DNA of 64,000 nt, taken from assembly GCA_026418415.1 (NCBI GenBank), contig JAOABK010000007.1, positions 1-64,000 on the forward strand, written 5' to 3'. The stretch comes from Pseudomonadota bacterium. GTDB taxonomy: Bacteria; CALINM01. A model generated the notes under the pieces. It was not told where the DNA came from. It made no database searches and saw nothing but the letters and a program-made list of their open reading frames with translations. The position numbers and the translations under genes were made by a program. Shown here in pieces: positions 30,949 through 40,371 of the stretch (positions are counted from its first letter, which is position 1; each line of letters starts with the position of its first letter).

Positions 30949-31499
30949 ATCAACTCCCCTTTAATTTCAAAATTCCCAATAATTAACTTTTTATCAGTCC
31001 CTTTCTGCATAGTCTGCCTTGTTAGAGTCACTTTCTTAAAAATTTCAACACTTTGAAGTTGACTCAAATAATTAACGACCGCTTCAGGATGAAGCGTTTC
31101 ACCAGTTATTATGAAGGATTTTCTGGAAATATCAAAATCCAAGCTTATTAGTTTTATATTATTCGGTGTCTTTTCTTCAATAATATTTAAAAAAGCTGTT
31201 TGGGTTAACTTAGCTCCTTTAAATTCATTATAGAACTTTATTTTATTCCTCAATACTACTTCTTCTCCTTCAGATATGATTCTTTTTCTCTCTTCTTTAG
31301 CCTTCTCTAACTTTATATTTATTTCTGATATCTCTTTCCTGACCTTATCAATTTCTAAATTAATACCATAAAACCTTATTACTCCATAAACAAACAAACA
31401 AGCAAGCATAATAATAACAATCCAATAAGCTCTACCAAATAGACTCTTCTGTATTTCCTTTTTTCTGTCATAATTAGAAAAGTTTATTCTATATCTCAA
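30945..31499 (-). CDS. PilN/GspL-periplasmic-like inner-membrane component
   Basis: Short cytoplasmic N-terminus, TM, coiled coil and periplasmic domain, with an overlapping start and stop. Confidence 0.45.
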   Translation of the reverse strand: MRYRINFSNYDRKKEIQKSLFGRAYWIVIIMLACLFVYGVIRFYGINLEIDKVRKEISEINIKLEKAKEERKRIISEGEEVVLRNKIKFYNEFKGAKLTQTAFLNIIEEKTPNNIKLISLDFDISRKSFIITGETLHPEAVVNYLSQLQSVEIFKKVTLTRQTMQKGTDKKLIIGNFEIKGELI

Positions 31500-32356
31500 C
31501 TTATCACTCCTGCGGCAATAACAAATCTTCTTAATAGATTTTCTTGTATGTTTGTCTGTATTTTCAAATCCGACAACAAAATTGGATTACTTTTTTCTGG
31601 TAAATACTTTCCAATATCTTCTCTGCCAACCTCATCAAAATACAATATTCTTTCTGGTGCTATCAAATCTTCATTTCTTCTTATTGTGGATAAAAAACTA
31701 TAAAGCTCAGCCTCTATCCTCTCTATTGGAAGTGTTTGATCTAACTCACGAATATATCTTGGTGTAGCATCAGCAAAAACCATCATAGAAAAACCTTTTT
31801 CCTTTAACCACAAAATTAAGCAATTTTCAGTAAGTAATGGTTCGATAGTGTTTAGAATTGCAATAGATGGAGGTACTATTAAAGGTGATACGAAACCACT
31901 TTCTCTTAAACATCTTTCTAGTTCGATTATAAAGGTTTTAAAAGTTATAGCAATCAGCAAAACTGTCTGTTCCTTCATTTTTGAAATTATATCAATTCTC
32001 ATCTCTATCTGTTCTTTGGGAATTGGAATGATTTTACCTATCTTCCACATAACAAAATCATAAAGTTCATCTCTATTTTTTGGAATATCTTCTACATTAA
32101 GTGTGTAGTACCAGGTTATAGAATAGGGTAGTATTATGTTTAATTCCCTTCTTTTCTCCGATGTCTTTTTGCTTAACAAATTAAGAAGTTTAGTGATATA
32201 CTCACATTCAATTGATAATTCTGTACCCTTCCTTTGAAATAACTGAATCCCTTCGTAACCAAACCTTTCAAATCCCGAGAGCGTTATAATTCCCTGTTTT
32301 TTTTCAATATTTACATATGAAAACCCTTCCTTTTCAAGAAGCAATACACTATTCAT
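31496..32356 (-). CDS. PilM/GspL-cytoplasmic-like (actin-fold-like) component
   Basis: Soluble 286-aa protein encoded immediately downstream of the GspE-like gene. The assignment is by position. Confidence 0.4.
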   Translation of the reverse strand: MNSVLLLEKEGFSYVNIEKKQGIITLSGFERFGYEGIQLFQRKGTELSIECEYITKLLNLLSKKTSEKRRELNIILPYSITWYYTLNVEDIPKNRDELYDFVMWKIGKIIPIPKEQIEMRIDIISKMKEQTVLLIAITFKTFIIELERCLRESGFVSPLIVPPSIAILNTIEPLLTENCLILWLKEKGFSMMVFADATPRYIRELDQTLPIERIEAELYSFLSTIRRNEDLIAPERILYFDEVGREDIGKYLPEKSNPILLSDLKIQTNIQENLLRRFVIAAGVIS

Positions 32357-34068
32357 CAGACCTCTGCAAATGTAACTCTATTTATTTCTTTAATTGTTGT
32401 AATACCTTCTAAAACCTTCTTTTCTGCAACCTCTCTCAGAAATATAGTACCCAACTCTTTTGCTTTTTTCTTTAAAATATGAATTGGGGCTTTATCAATA
32501 ATTAGTTCTTTCATATCATCATTTAGGTTCAAAACTTCTCCTATTGCAATTCTCCCTTTATACCCTGTTCCAGAACATTCGCTACAGCCAGCACCCTCAT
32601 GGAAATCAAAATTTTCATATTTTTCAGCATCAAATCCCATCACGGTGAGATAATCTTTGCTATATTTTACTTTTTTCTTGCAGTTATTACAAATTACTCT
32701 TATTAACCTTTGTGCTAATACACAATTTAGAGAAGAAACAAAGTTATATGGGCTTATGCCCATGTTTAAGAATCGTGCAATAACATCAAATATATTATTA
32801 GCATGAACTGTTGTTAACACTAAATGACCAGTTAGGGCTGATTGAATAGCTATCTGGGCTGTTTCAGGATCTCTAATTTCTCCAACCATTATCTTATCGG
32901 GATCATGTCTTAAAATAGAACGCAATCCCCGTGCAAAAGTAAGTCCCTTTTTCTCATTTACTGGAATCTGGACAACACCTTTTAATTGATATTCAACAGG
33001 ATCCTCAATTGTGATTATTTTATCCTCTCCACTATTAATTTCTGATAATGCTGCATATAACGTCGTTGTTTTACCTGAACCAGTAGGACCAGTTACAAGT
33101 ATCATACCATAGGGTTCTCTGATTTTCTTTTTCATTACACCAATCACATTCTCATCAAATCCCAAGGATTCTAATTTTAAATTTTTCAAATCTATAATTA
33201 TACTCTCTTTATCAAGTATTCTTATAACAGCATCTTCACCAAATATAGTAGGTAAAATGGAAACACGAAAGTCAATCGATCTACCCTTTATTCTTAACTT
33301 GAACCTTCCATCTTGTGGGATTCTTTGCTCAGCAATATCAAGGTCTGACATAACCTTTATTCTTGAAATTATATGATTTTGATATTTTAAATCTATTGGT
33401 CCAACCGCCTTTTGAAGTATACCATCAATTCTAAATCGTATATAAACCCCATCTTGAGAAGATTCAATATGAATATCACTTGCTCTTTTTTGCAAGGCAT
33501 CATATATGGCGGTATCAACGAGCTTCACTATGGGACTTGTTTCTTCATCTGATAATTTTTCAAGTGTAAGAACTTCCTCTCCCTCTTCAGTTTCTTTAAC
33601 CAATAGAACTCTTATATCTTCTGTTACTTCTTCAAGAACCCGTGAAGTGCTTTCTAATTTCTTTAATATTTTTTCAATTCTTGAAGGGGGAGCACATATA
33701 ACTTCAATTTCTTTACCTGTAAGTAGATACAACTCATCCCTCGCAAACAAATTAGTTGGATCTAAAAAGGCAAATTCAAGTTTATCAGACTTTTCATCCA
33801 CAAAAACGCACTTATTTCTTTGCATAATCTCCAAAGTTATATTTTCTGGAATTTTTTCTGGAATTACGTAATCGGCAAGGCTCATATATTGCATTTTAAG
33901 CTGATCTGCTAAAGTCTGATAGAAATCTTCTTCTGTAACATATCCCTTTCTTATTAAAACAGTTCCAATCCTTTCTTTAGAGTTTAATGCTTCATTTAAG
34001 GCCAACTTTAACTGGTCCTCAGTAACCAGTTTTTTTTCTAATAATAATTCACCTATATATTTTCTCAT
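32356..34068 (-). CDS. gspE: Type II secretion / type IV pilus assembly ATPase (GspE/PilB family)
   Basis: N-terminal T2SSE_N domain, Walker A GPTGSGKTT, Asp and His boxes, and a C-terminal CxxC...CxxC zinc motif. Confidence 0.85.
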   Translation of the reverse strand: MRKYIGELLLEKKLVTEDQLKLALNEALNSKERIGTVLIRKGYVTEEDFYQTLADQLKMQYMSLADYVIPEKIPENITLEIMQRNKCVFVDEKSDKLEFAFLDPTNLFARDELYLLTGKEIEVICAPPSRIEKILKKLESTSRVLEEVTEDIRVLLVKETEEGEEVLTLEKLSDEETSPIVKLVDTAIYDALQKRASDIHIESSQDGVYIRFRIDGILQKAVGPIDLKYQNHIISRIKVMSDLDIAEQRIPQDGRFKLRIKGRSIDFRVSILPTIFGEDAVIRILDKESIIIDLKNLKLESLGFDENVIGVMKKKIREPYGMILVTGPTGSGKTTTLYAALSEINSGEDKIITIEDPVEYQLKGVVQIPVNEKKGLTFARGLRSILRHDPDKIMVGEIRDPETAQIAIQSALTGHLVLTTVHANNIFDVIARFLNMGISPYNFVSSLNCVLAQRLIRVICNNCKKKVKYSKDYLTVMGFDAEKYENFDFHEGAGCSECSGTGYKGRIAIGEVLNLNDDMKELIIDKAPIHILKKKAKELGTIFLREVAEKKVLEGITTIKEINRVTFAEV

Positions 34069-35264
34069 CCTGCAACCGTCCCTGCTAAATTAAATATCGG
34101 TAAATACATTGCTATAACAATTATAGCAACAATAACTCCCATAACAATCATCAAGGCTGGCTCTATAATATTTGAAACAATAGTTAGAGTATCAACTACA
34201 AGGTTATCATAATATTCTGCAACCTCATCAAGCATCTCCCATAAAGCCCCTGTACCTTCACCAGCTTTAATTAATCTAAGGCTAATAGGCGGAAAAAGAC
34301 CTGTATTTTCTAAAGATGAAGACAATGAATTTCCTTCTTCTACCATCTTAATTACTTTTTTTAATTCCTCTGCAAAAAACTCATTGGTTGTAACTCCCGC
34401 AACAGTTTTTAAGGCAACTACAAGGGGAATACCACCTTTTAAAATAGCAGAAAGGGTTCTTGCAAAGTTTGATATTAAATAATTTTTATATATCTGTGAG
34501 ACATAAGGTATATTAAGTTTAATTTTGTCAATGTTAAATCTACCTTTGTATGTTTTTGAATAACTTCTAAAAGCAAAAATACCACCAATTATAGCAAGAA
34601 CAATAAATACAGCCATTTTCTGAAATACTTCTGTTAAAAACAATAGAGCCCTTGTGATTAAGGGCAACTGCACATGTGAATCAAGGTAAATCTTACTAAA
34701 ATTAGGAATCACATATGTAAACATAAAGACCACCGCTAAGACTATTACACAGAGAATTATTGCTGGATAAACAGAAGAGCTAACCATCTTCCTTCTTAAT
34801 TGGTCAACCTTTTTCATATAAACTTGATAATCTCTCAATCTTTCAGCTAAATTACCACCCCTTTCTCCTGCTTTTATATTCGCAATATAAAGCATAGGAA
34901 AAACATCTGGAAATTTCTCCAGTGCTTCTGAAAGAGACAATCCCTGTTCTACATCATTTTTTATCTGACTTAAAACTTTTGGGAATCCTTTTTTTATTGT
35001 CATTTTTTCGAGAATTATTTCAAGCGCTCTTACCACTGGCTGTCCTGATTTGATAAGAACATAAAGCTCTTGATTGAAAGTAAGAAATTCTCTAATATTC
35101 AGTTTCTTCCTTCTACCTGATGCAGTGAATACTTCTTCGATAGAAAGTAGGAGATATCCATCTCGTTCAGCTAAAGCTCTCGTCTCTTCTATTGATTCTG
35201 CAAAGTATTTAATAAATGTTACTTTACCTGATTTATCTACTACTTTGCAGTTAAAATAGGGCAT
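34065..35264 (-). CDS. gspF: Platform protein GspF/PilC
   Basis: Duplicated T2SSF domains with three TM segments, about 400 aa. Confidence 0.8.
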   Translation of the reverse strand: MPYFNCKVVDKSGKVTFIKYFAESIEETRALAERDGYLLLSIEEVFTASGRRKKLNIREFLTFNQELYVLIKSGQPVVRALEIILEKMTIKKGFPKVLSQIKNDVEQGLSLSEALEKFPDVFPMLYIANIKAGERGGNLAERLRDYQVYMKKVDQLRRKMVSSSVYPAIILCVIVLAVVFMFTYVIPNFSKIYLDSHVQLPLITRALLFLTEVFQKMAVFIVLAIIGGIFAFRSYSKTYKGRFNIDKIKLNIPYVSQIYKNYLISNFARTLSAILKGGIPLVVALKTVAGVTTNEFFAEELKKVIKMVEEGNSLSSSLENTGLFPPISLRLIKAGEGTGALWEMLDEVAEYYDNLVVDTLTIVSNIIEPALMIVMGVIVAIIVIAMYLPIFNLAGTVAG

Positions 35265-35314
35265 ATTCTTTCTTTAGATTAAAAAATTTATTTGAAGCAA
35301 ATGTCTTCATAAAA

Positions 35315-36409
35315 TTATTTACTACTACCATACCTTTTCGGGCTGTGATCAACATTGTGACATTTTAAATAACAACTACCAGAAAATACACCATCCGATG
35401 TAAATTCAAGCTTATTTGTAACTGAATCTCTTTGTACATAATCGGGATTAAAATCAATTAAAAATTTATACTTTATAGAGCCGTGAGAATTATGACAGGT
35501 ACTACAACTTGTTCCTTTCCAATTCCTTGCTTTTACCCCCTCTATATGTTCCCTATGATATTTAAAACTCTGATTTCCTAAAATACTCTCTTTCCTGTGA
35601 CATTTATAACACAAATCATACTTTGGAATCATCACTTCTTCTTTTTTCGTATAGGGCAAAAGGAGTAAAAAATCGTTTTCTGAACCATGAACCCCAGATG
35701 CTCTATTTGGATTTCTCTCATCTGAGCCATGGCAATCGGAACACTTGATTTTAGACTCATAATTTAAGTTTTTCTCTAAACTGGGCAAGTAATTGTTCTT
35801 ACCTACTTCCACAACTGGATGGAAGGAAGGATTTTTTGGATCAAATTCTTTTAGCTTATCCTTTTGGTAGGGTGGTTTATTGTTAGCAGGTCCGTGACAT
35901 TTGAAACAAACTTCATATTCTTCTTCTGCAAACTGTTTATACTTACCATCAATTCCAATACCAGAAGCCCCTAAAAAAGGCATTTCAGGTATAGAATAGT
36001 GGGGATGATGACAGTCTATACACTCTGCATGCCTTGGAGTTTTTGGATCTATTATAGGGTACTTTTCCAATAAATTTAGCACCCCCTGCTTTTCTACTGG
36101 ATGTCTATAGGGTTTAGAAAAATCCTCTTCCACACTTTTTGCTTCCGTAGTTCTGATTTTTAACTTCTTTTGATTTATAATTATCCTATTATTTTTGCTG
36201 TGGCAAAGATAACATTGTTTCTCTTCATCACCGCCAACGTAGCCAGTGGAAGCATGGCAGGTTTTGCAACCATTGGGGTTATATTTTGTCTGATAATGAG
36301 TTGGAACTCTTGAAGATACAAGAATTATTTTTTCTTCTCTTGTTAATGCAAAAAGGTTCTTTATAATTAACATGGATATTATCAAAAATAAAATATTAAA
36401 TTTTCTCAT
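35315..36409 (-). CDS. Octaheme c-type cytochrome (7 CxxCH + 1 CxxxCH)
   Basis: Signal peptide. Motifs CKTCH, CYLCH, CIDCH, CFKCH, CSDCH, CYKCH, CSTCH and CYLKCH, several followed by HxxH distal-His patterns. Confidence 0.85.
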   Translation of the reverse strand: MRKFNILFLIISMLIIKNLFALTREEKIILVSSRVPTHYQTKYNPNGCKTCHASTGYVGGDEEKQCYLCHSKNNRIIINQKKLKIRTTEAKSVEEDFSKPYRHPVEKQGVLNLLEKYPIIDPKTPRHAECIDCHHPHYSIPEMPFLGASGIGIDGKYKQFAEEEYEVCFKCHGPANNKPPYQKDKLKEFDPKNPSFHPVVEVGKNNYLPSLEKNLNYESKIKCSDCHGSDERNPNRASGVHGSENDFLLLLPYTKKEEVMIPKYDLCYKCHRKESILGNQSFKYHREHIEGVKARNWKGTSCSTCHNSHGSIKYKFLIDFNPDYVQRDSVTNKLEFTSDGVFSGSCYLKCHNVDHSPKRYGSSK

Positions 36410-36418
36410 AACTAACCC

Positions 36419-37240
36419 TTATTTTATAACAGGTGGTTGTGGTTGATGACAATGATAACACAAGCCCCCCTTCATTGGTCCTGCATGACTACAAGAATAA
36501 TTATTAAAATTAACGGGTTCCCTTACAAAATATCCATGGGTATTATCATGGGCATCATGACAGGTTGTACACTGCATGCCTGTCCTGTTAGGATTTCTCG
36601 TACCATCTTTATGGGCATATATAGTTGGTCTTAAGGGATAATATACTTCTGATGAATTTGGGCCATATTGATCGATCTCATATTTACCAGAAACTGTCCT
36701 TGAAGGTCTTAGCTTCCAAGAATTAACCTGCGTAGCAGCAATTAAAGAGTCAGTAACAGCGATTGATATGGGATGCTTTAAATGGGTATTGGCACCGGGA
36801 GTTTTTAAGTCAGTGCCTAAATTAAGTACACTCGTTGCAACCAACCTGCCCTGAGGATCAACATCCGTACCCGTAACAGCAATATTTCCCTTCAAAGTAC
36901 CACCAATTGCAACCGTCCCATCATGACATGAAAGACATTGCTTCGAACCTCCATCAGGTTGATTTCTTGGACTTTTTAGAGTTGCTGAACTATATATTCT
37001 ATATGTGGCGGAAGAAAAGCGATGACCCCACAATGGCTCTACAGAGGCACTATGAGCCAGATGACAGAACTTACAAATCTCTGATTCATTAACTGCTCTT
37101 ACTCTAACGTTATTTCTAACACTTGGTGCCCAACTTGCTAAGTTATGAGGACTCCTTACTATGGGTGAATTTATATCAATAGCCATTAAAATAACTGGCA
37201 TTGTGATTAATACTATTATAATAACCAGAGCCTTTTTCAA
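36419..37240 (-). CDS. Tetraheme c-type cytochrome
   Basis: Signal peptide and motifs CKFCH, CLSCH, CTTCH and CYHCH. Confidence 0.85.
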   Translation of the reverse strand: MKKALVIIIVLITMPVILMAIDINSPIVRSPHNLASWAPSVRNNVRVRAVNESEICKFCHLAHSASVEPLWGHRFSSATYRIYSSATLKSPRNQPDGGSKQCLSCHDGTVAIGGTLKGNIAVTGTDVDPQGRLVATSVLNLGTDLKTPGANTHLKHPISIAVTDSLIAATQVNSWKLRPSRTVSGKYEIDQYGPNSSEVYYPLRPTIYAHKDGTRNPNRTGMQCTTCHDAHDNTHGYFVREPVNFNNYSCSHAGPMKGGLCYHCHQPQPPVIK

Positions 37241-38289
37241 TTTAAGCTCCCAATATATCTTAATATTTGGACTCTTTTGTTCAATGTATCAGCCACATAT
37301 ATATAATTTCTTTCATCACAAAAAATCCCAGAAGCTAAGTTAAACTGCCCTGGCAAATTGCCATCTACCCCAAATGCCATTAAAAATCTATCATTTTTAT
37401 CATAAATTTGTATACTACCCTGAAGACTATCTACAACATATATATGACCAAAAGTATCTACACAAACACCCTTAGGTCTTTCTAAATAGCCATCTCCTTT
37501 GCCCATTTTGCCAATTTTACCTAAAAACTTACCATCTTCACTAAAAAATTGTACCCTAAAATTCATACTATCTGTTACATAAAAATTGCCATCCCTGTCA
37601 ACAAAAATGTGAGTTGGATAGTTAAACTCACCATTTTCCTCACCTAATCTACCAATAGTTTTAAGTAAAATAAAATTTTTATCAAAAATTTTCACCCTAT
37701 GGTTGATTGAATCTACAACATAAAACCTTTTATTCTTTTTATTGAAAGCAATCCCACAGGGCCTCCACGGTGAGTACTCTAATCCATAAATTTTGTTTGG
37801 CTTACCATTAGGATTATAGACAACTATCCTCTCCTTTTCAGGATCACACACATAAATATTGCCCTCATCGTCTGCAGTTACTGAAGTTGGATAATACAAA
37901 ATATCTCCCGCTGGTGTTAACTGCAAAAAACTTGTCTTTCCCTTCTCAATATCCATAACAACTACAGAAAAGAGCCCTTGTTCTACAACAAAAATCTTTC
38001 CTCCATTTTTATAAACACTATAGGGCCTAAAAAATGAATTAATTTCCTGTACTTCTTCCCCTAAAAGCCATTTTACAATCTTAGATACCTTTGTTTCCTC
38101 AACTACCTTACTTGTATCAAAAGGAGAAGTTATAACTTTCACTAATTCTATTCTTGGCTTATTAGGTGGAGCTGGCCATACAAGGCTATAATCTTTTTCA
38201 TAAAATTTTTCTGGATTAACTATTCCATTTGCAGAACAAGAAAAAAAGAGAGTATTAAAAAGAAGTATTAAATAGATCTTTTTTTGCAT
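37237..38289 (-). CDS. NHL-repeat six-bladed beta-propeller lipoprotein
   Basis: Lipobox LFFSCSA, then repeated YV.D..N.R.. blocks (FYVVDSINHRVKIFD, FYVTDSMNFRVQFF, IYVVDSLQGSIQIYD, IYVADTLNKRVQIL) typical of NHL repeats. Confidence 0.8.
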   Translation of the reverse strand: MQKKIYLILLFNTLFFSCSANGIVNPEKFYEKDYSLVWPAPPNKPRIELVKVITSPFDTSKVVEETKVSKIVKWLLGEEVQEINSFFRPYSVYKNGGKIFVVEQGLFSVVVMDIEKGKTSFLQLTPAGDILYYPTSVTADDEGNIYVCDPEKERIVVYNPNGKPNKIYGLEYSPWRPCGIAFNKKNKRFYVVDSINHRVKIFDKNFILLKTIGRLGEENGEFNYPTHIFVDRDGNFYVTDSMNFRVQFFSEDGKFLGKIGKMGKGDGYLERPKGVCVDTFGHIYVVDSLQGSIQIYDKNDRFLMAFGVDGNLPGQFNLASGIFCDERNYIYVADTLNKRVQILRYIGSLN

Positions 38290-38487
38290 AAAATTAGTTT
38301 TATTTTAACATTCTTTTCACCATGAAACAATAAATTTATTAAACAGAAAAAGTAAAAATTGTTAACCTATTCTTATTAAAAAGTTTCATCTATTTTTCGT
38401 CTCTTATACTTTTAAAATTTTTCACAAAAAGTTGTTAATGTTAATAAAAAATGATACCATTTATAAATCATAAATTAGGAGTAATCG

Positions 38488-39747
38488 ATGGATAAGTTTA
38501 TTATAAAAGGTGGCTATAGATTAACAGGTGAAGTAACCATAAGTGGTGCAAAAAATTCAGCCCTCCCCTTAATGTCTGCTTGTTTGCTAACCGAGGAAGA
38601 ATGCATACTTGAGGGTATACCAGAACTTAGAGATATTGAGACAATGGAAAAACTACTTAAATCTTTAGGCTGTGAAGTAGAAAGGGATAATAAGGGTTTT
38701 TTACATATATGTGCAAGAAAACTAAAAAACTATGAAGCTCCATATGAGTTAGTTAAGACCATGAGAGCCTCTGTTCTTGTATTAGGTCCCCTTGTTGCTA
38801 GACTTAGAAAAGCAAGAATTTCCATGCCAGGAGGATGTGCAATAGGTGACAGACCTATAAATTTGCACCTAAGTGCATTACAAAAAATGGGTGCTTCAAT
38901 CACTCAATCCCATGGATATGTAGAGGTCTCTGCTAAAAAGCTGAAGGGTGCTAAGATTTATTGTGATATTCCTACGGTTACTGGAACTGAAAATATGATA
39001 ATGGCTGCAGTATGTGCAGAAGGAGAAACAATCATTGAAAACGCTGCCAAAGAACCTGAAATTGTTGATCTTGTCAATTTCTTGAGAAAAATGGGAGCAA
39101 AAATAGAAGGAGAAGGTACTTCAGTTATAAGAATAGAAGGCGTTAAAGCGCTTAAGGGTGCCAAACATAAAGTAATTCCTGACAGGATCGAGGCTGGAAC
39201 TTTTGTAATTGCTACTGCTGCGACATGTGGTAATGTATTGATAAAAAATTGTGTCCCCGAGCATTTTGAAGCCTTGGAACTAAAATTGAAAGAGGCTGGT
39301 GTTGATATTCAAAAGGGGGAAAACTTTGTAAGAGTAATAGGAAAAAGGGACATAAGAAGTGTAGACATTACAACAATGCCCTATCCAGGTTTTCCTACAG
39401 ATCTGCAGGCCCAGTTTATGGCTCTTATGACAACAGCAAAGGGTCTGTCCGTAATTCGAGAGACTATATTTGAAAATCGCTTCATACATGTAAGTGAATT
39501 AAAAAGGATGGGAGCTGATATCACAATTAAAGATAGAAATGCTATTGTTAAAGGGGTGGAGTATTTGACAGGCGCTCCAGTTATGGTCTCAGATCTGAGA
39601 GCCGGCGCTGCATTGGTTATCGCCGGACTAATGGCTGAGGGAGAAACGGAGGTGCAAAGAATATATCATTTGGACCGAGGTTATGAAAAGATGGAAAAAA
39701 AATTAGCAACTTTAGGTGCTAAAATAAAAAGAGTAAAAGATAAGTAA
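38488..39747 (+). CDS. murA: UDP-N-acetylglucosamine 1-carboxyvinyltransferase
   Basis: EPT-family length and motifs, including the Cys115-equivalent in MPGGCAIG. Confidence 0.9.
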   Translation: MDKFIIKGGYRLTGEVTISGAKNSALPLMSACLLTEEECILEGIPELRDIETMEKLLKSLGCEVERDNKGFLHICARKLKNYEAPYELVKTMRASVLVLGPLVARLRKARISMPGGCAIGDRPINLHLSALQKMGASITQSHGYVEVSAKKLKGAKIYCDIPTVTGTENMIMAAVCAEGETIIENAAKEPEIVDLVNFLRKMGAKIEGEGTSVIRIEGVKALKGAKHKVIPDRIEAGTFVIATAATCGNVLIKNCVPEHFEALELKLKEAGVDIQKGENFVRVIGKRDIRSVDITTMPYPGFPTDLQAQFMALMTTAKGLSVIRETIFENRFIHVSELKRMGADITIKDRNAIVKGVEYLTGAPVMVSDLRAGAALVIAGLMAEGETEVQRIYHLDRGYEKMEKKLATLGAKIKRVKDK

Positions 39748-39749
39748 TA

Positions 39750-40370
39750 ATGATAAAAGTTGCCCTTCCCAAAGGACGAATTCTAAAAGAAGTACTGCCC
39801 CTATTCGAAAAAGCGGGATATGATTTCTCAGAAGTTTTGAAAGATGATAGAAAACTCAAGTTCGAGATGCCTGACAAGGGATTCGTTCTAATTCTGCTTA
39901 AGCCCTTTGATGTGCCTGTTTATGTCGAGAGGGGTAATGCTGACATTGGCGTAGTGGGATTGGATGTGTTAATGGAGCGTAATACTGATATTCTAAATAT
40001 TCTTGATCTCAAACTTGGATTATGTAGAATTTCAGTAGCAAAACCTAAAAATAGGTTTTTCGAATTAAAGATGGGTTTAAAAGTGGGTACAAAATTTATT
40101 AAAATAGCTAAGGACTATTTTGAAAAGAAGGGACTAAATATAGACGTTATTAAACTTGAAGGCTCTGTAGAGCTTGCACCACTTATGGGTCTTAGTGACT
40201 TGATTGTAGACATAGTATCAAGTGGTGAAACCCTTAGAAAAAATGGACTCGAAGAAGTTGAAAAAATATGTGATATATCAAGCTATTTAATCATGAATAG
40301 AACATTTTTTAAGACAAGATATAAAGAAGCAACTAAATTTATTAATAAAATAAAGAAAGTGGTCGAATGA
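39750..40370 (+). CDS. hisG: ATP phosphoribosyltransferase, short form
   Basis: 206 aa, beginning MIKVALPKGRI. The short form normally needs HisZ, which is not in this window. Confidence 0.85.
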   Translation: MIKVALPKGRILKEVLPLFEKAGYDFSEVLKDDRKLKFEMPDKGFVLILLKPFDVPVYVERGNADIGVVGLDVLMERNTDILNILDLKLGLCRISVAKPKNRFFELKMGLKVGTKFIKIAKDYFEKKGLNIDVIKLEGSVELAPLMGLSDLIVDIVSSGETLRKNGLEEVEKICDISSYLIMNRTFFKTRYKEATKFINKIKKVVE

Positions 40371-40371
40371 T

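Noticed and set aside
26113-38289. Calling the cluster a motile type IVa pilus
   Set aside because: There is no PilT/PilU retraction ATPase, no PilA-like long major pilin and no prepilin peptidase in the operon. The GspG-like C-terminal motifs and GspE N-domain favour a T2SS-like pseudopilus.
38290-38487. sigma54 promoter for the NHL/cytochrome/T2SS operon in the divergent murA-NHL intergenic region
   Set aside because: A manual scan found no GG-N10-GC match on the minus strand. Only AT-rich sigma70-like hexamers are present, so the promoter is left unassigned.
39700-39760. his leader-peptide or attenuator upstream of hisG
   Set aside because: hisG starts 3 bp after the murA stop, leaving no room for an attenuator. 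Regulation must be different, for example by T-box, protein or feedback only.
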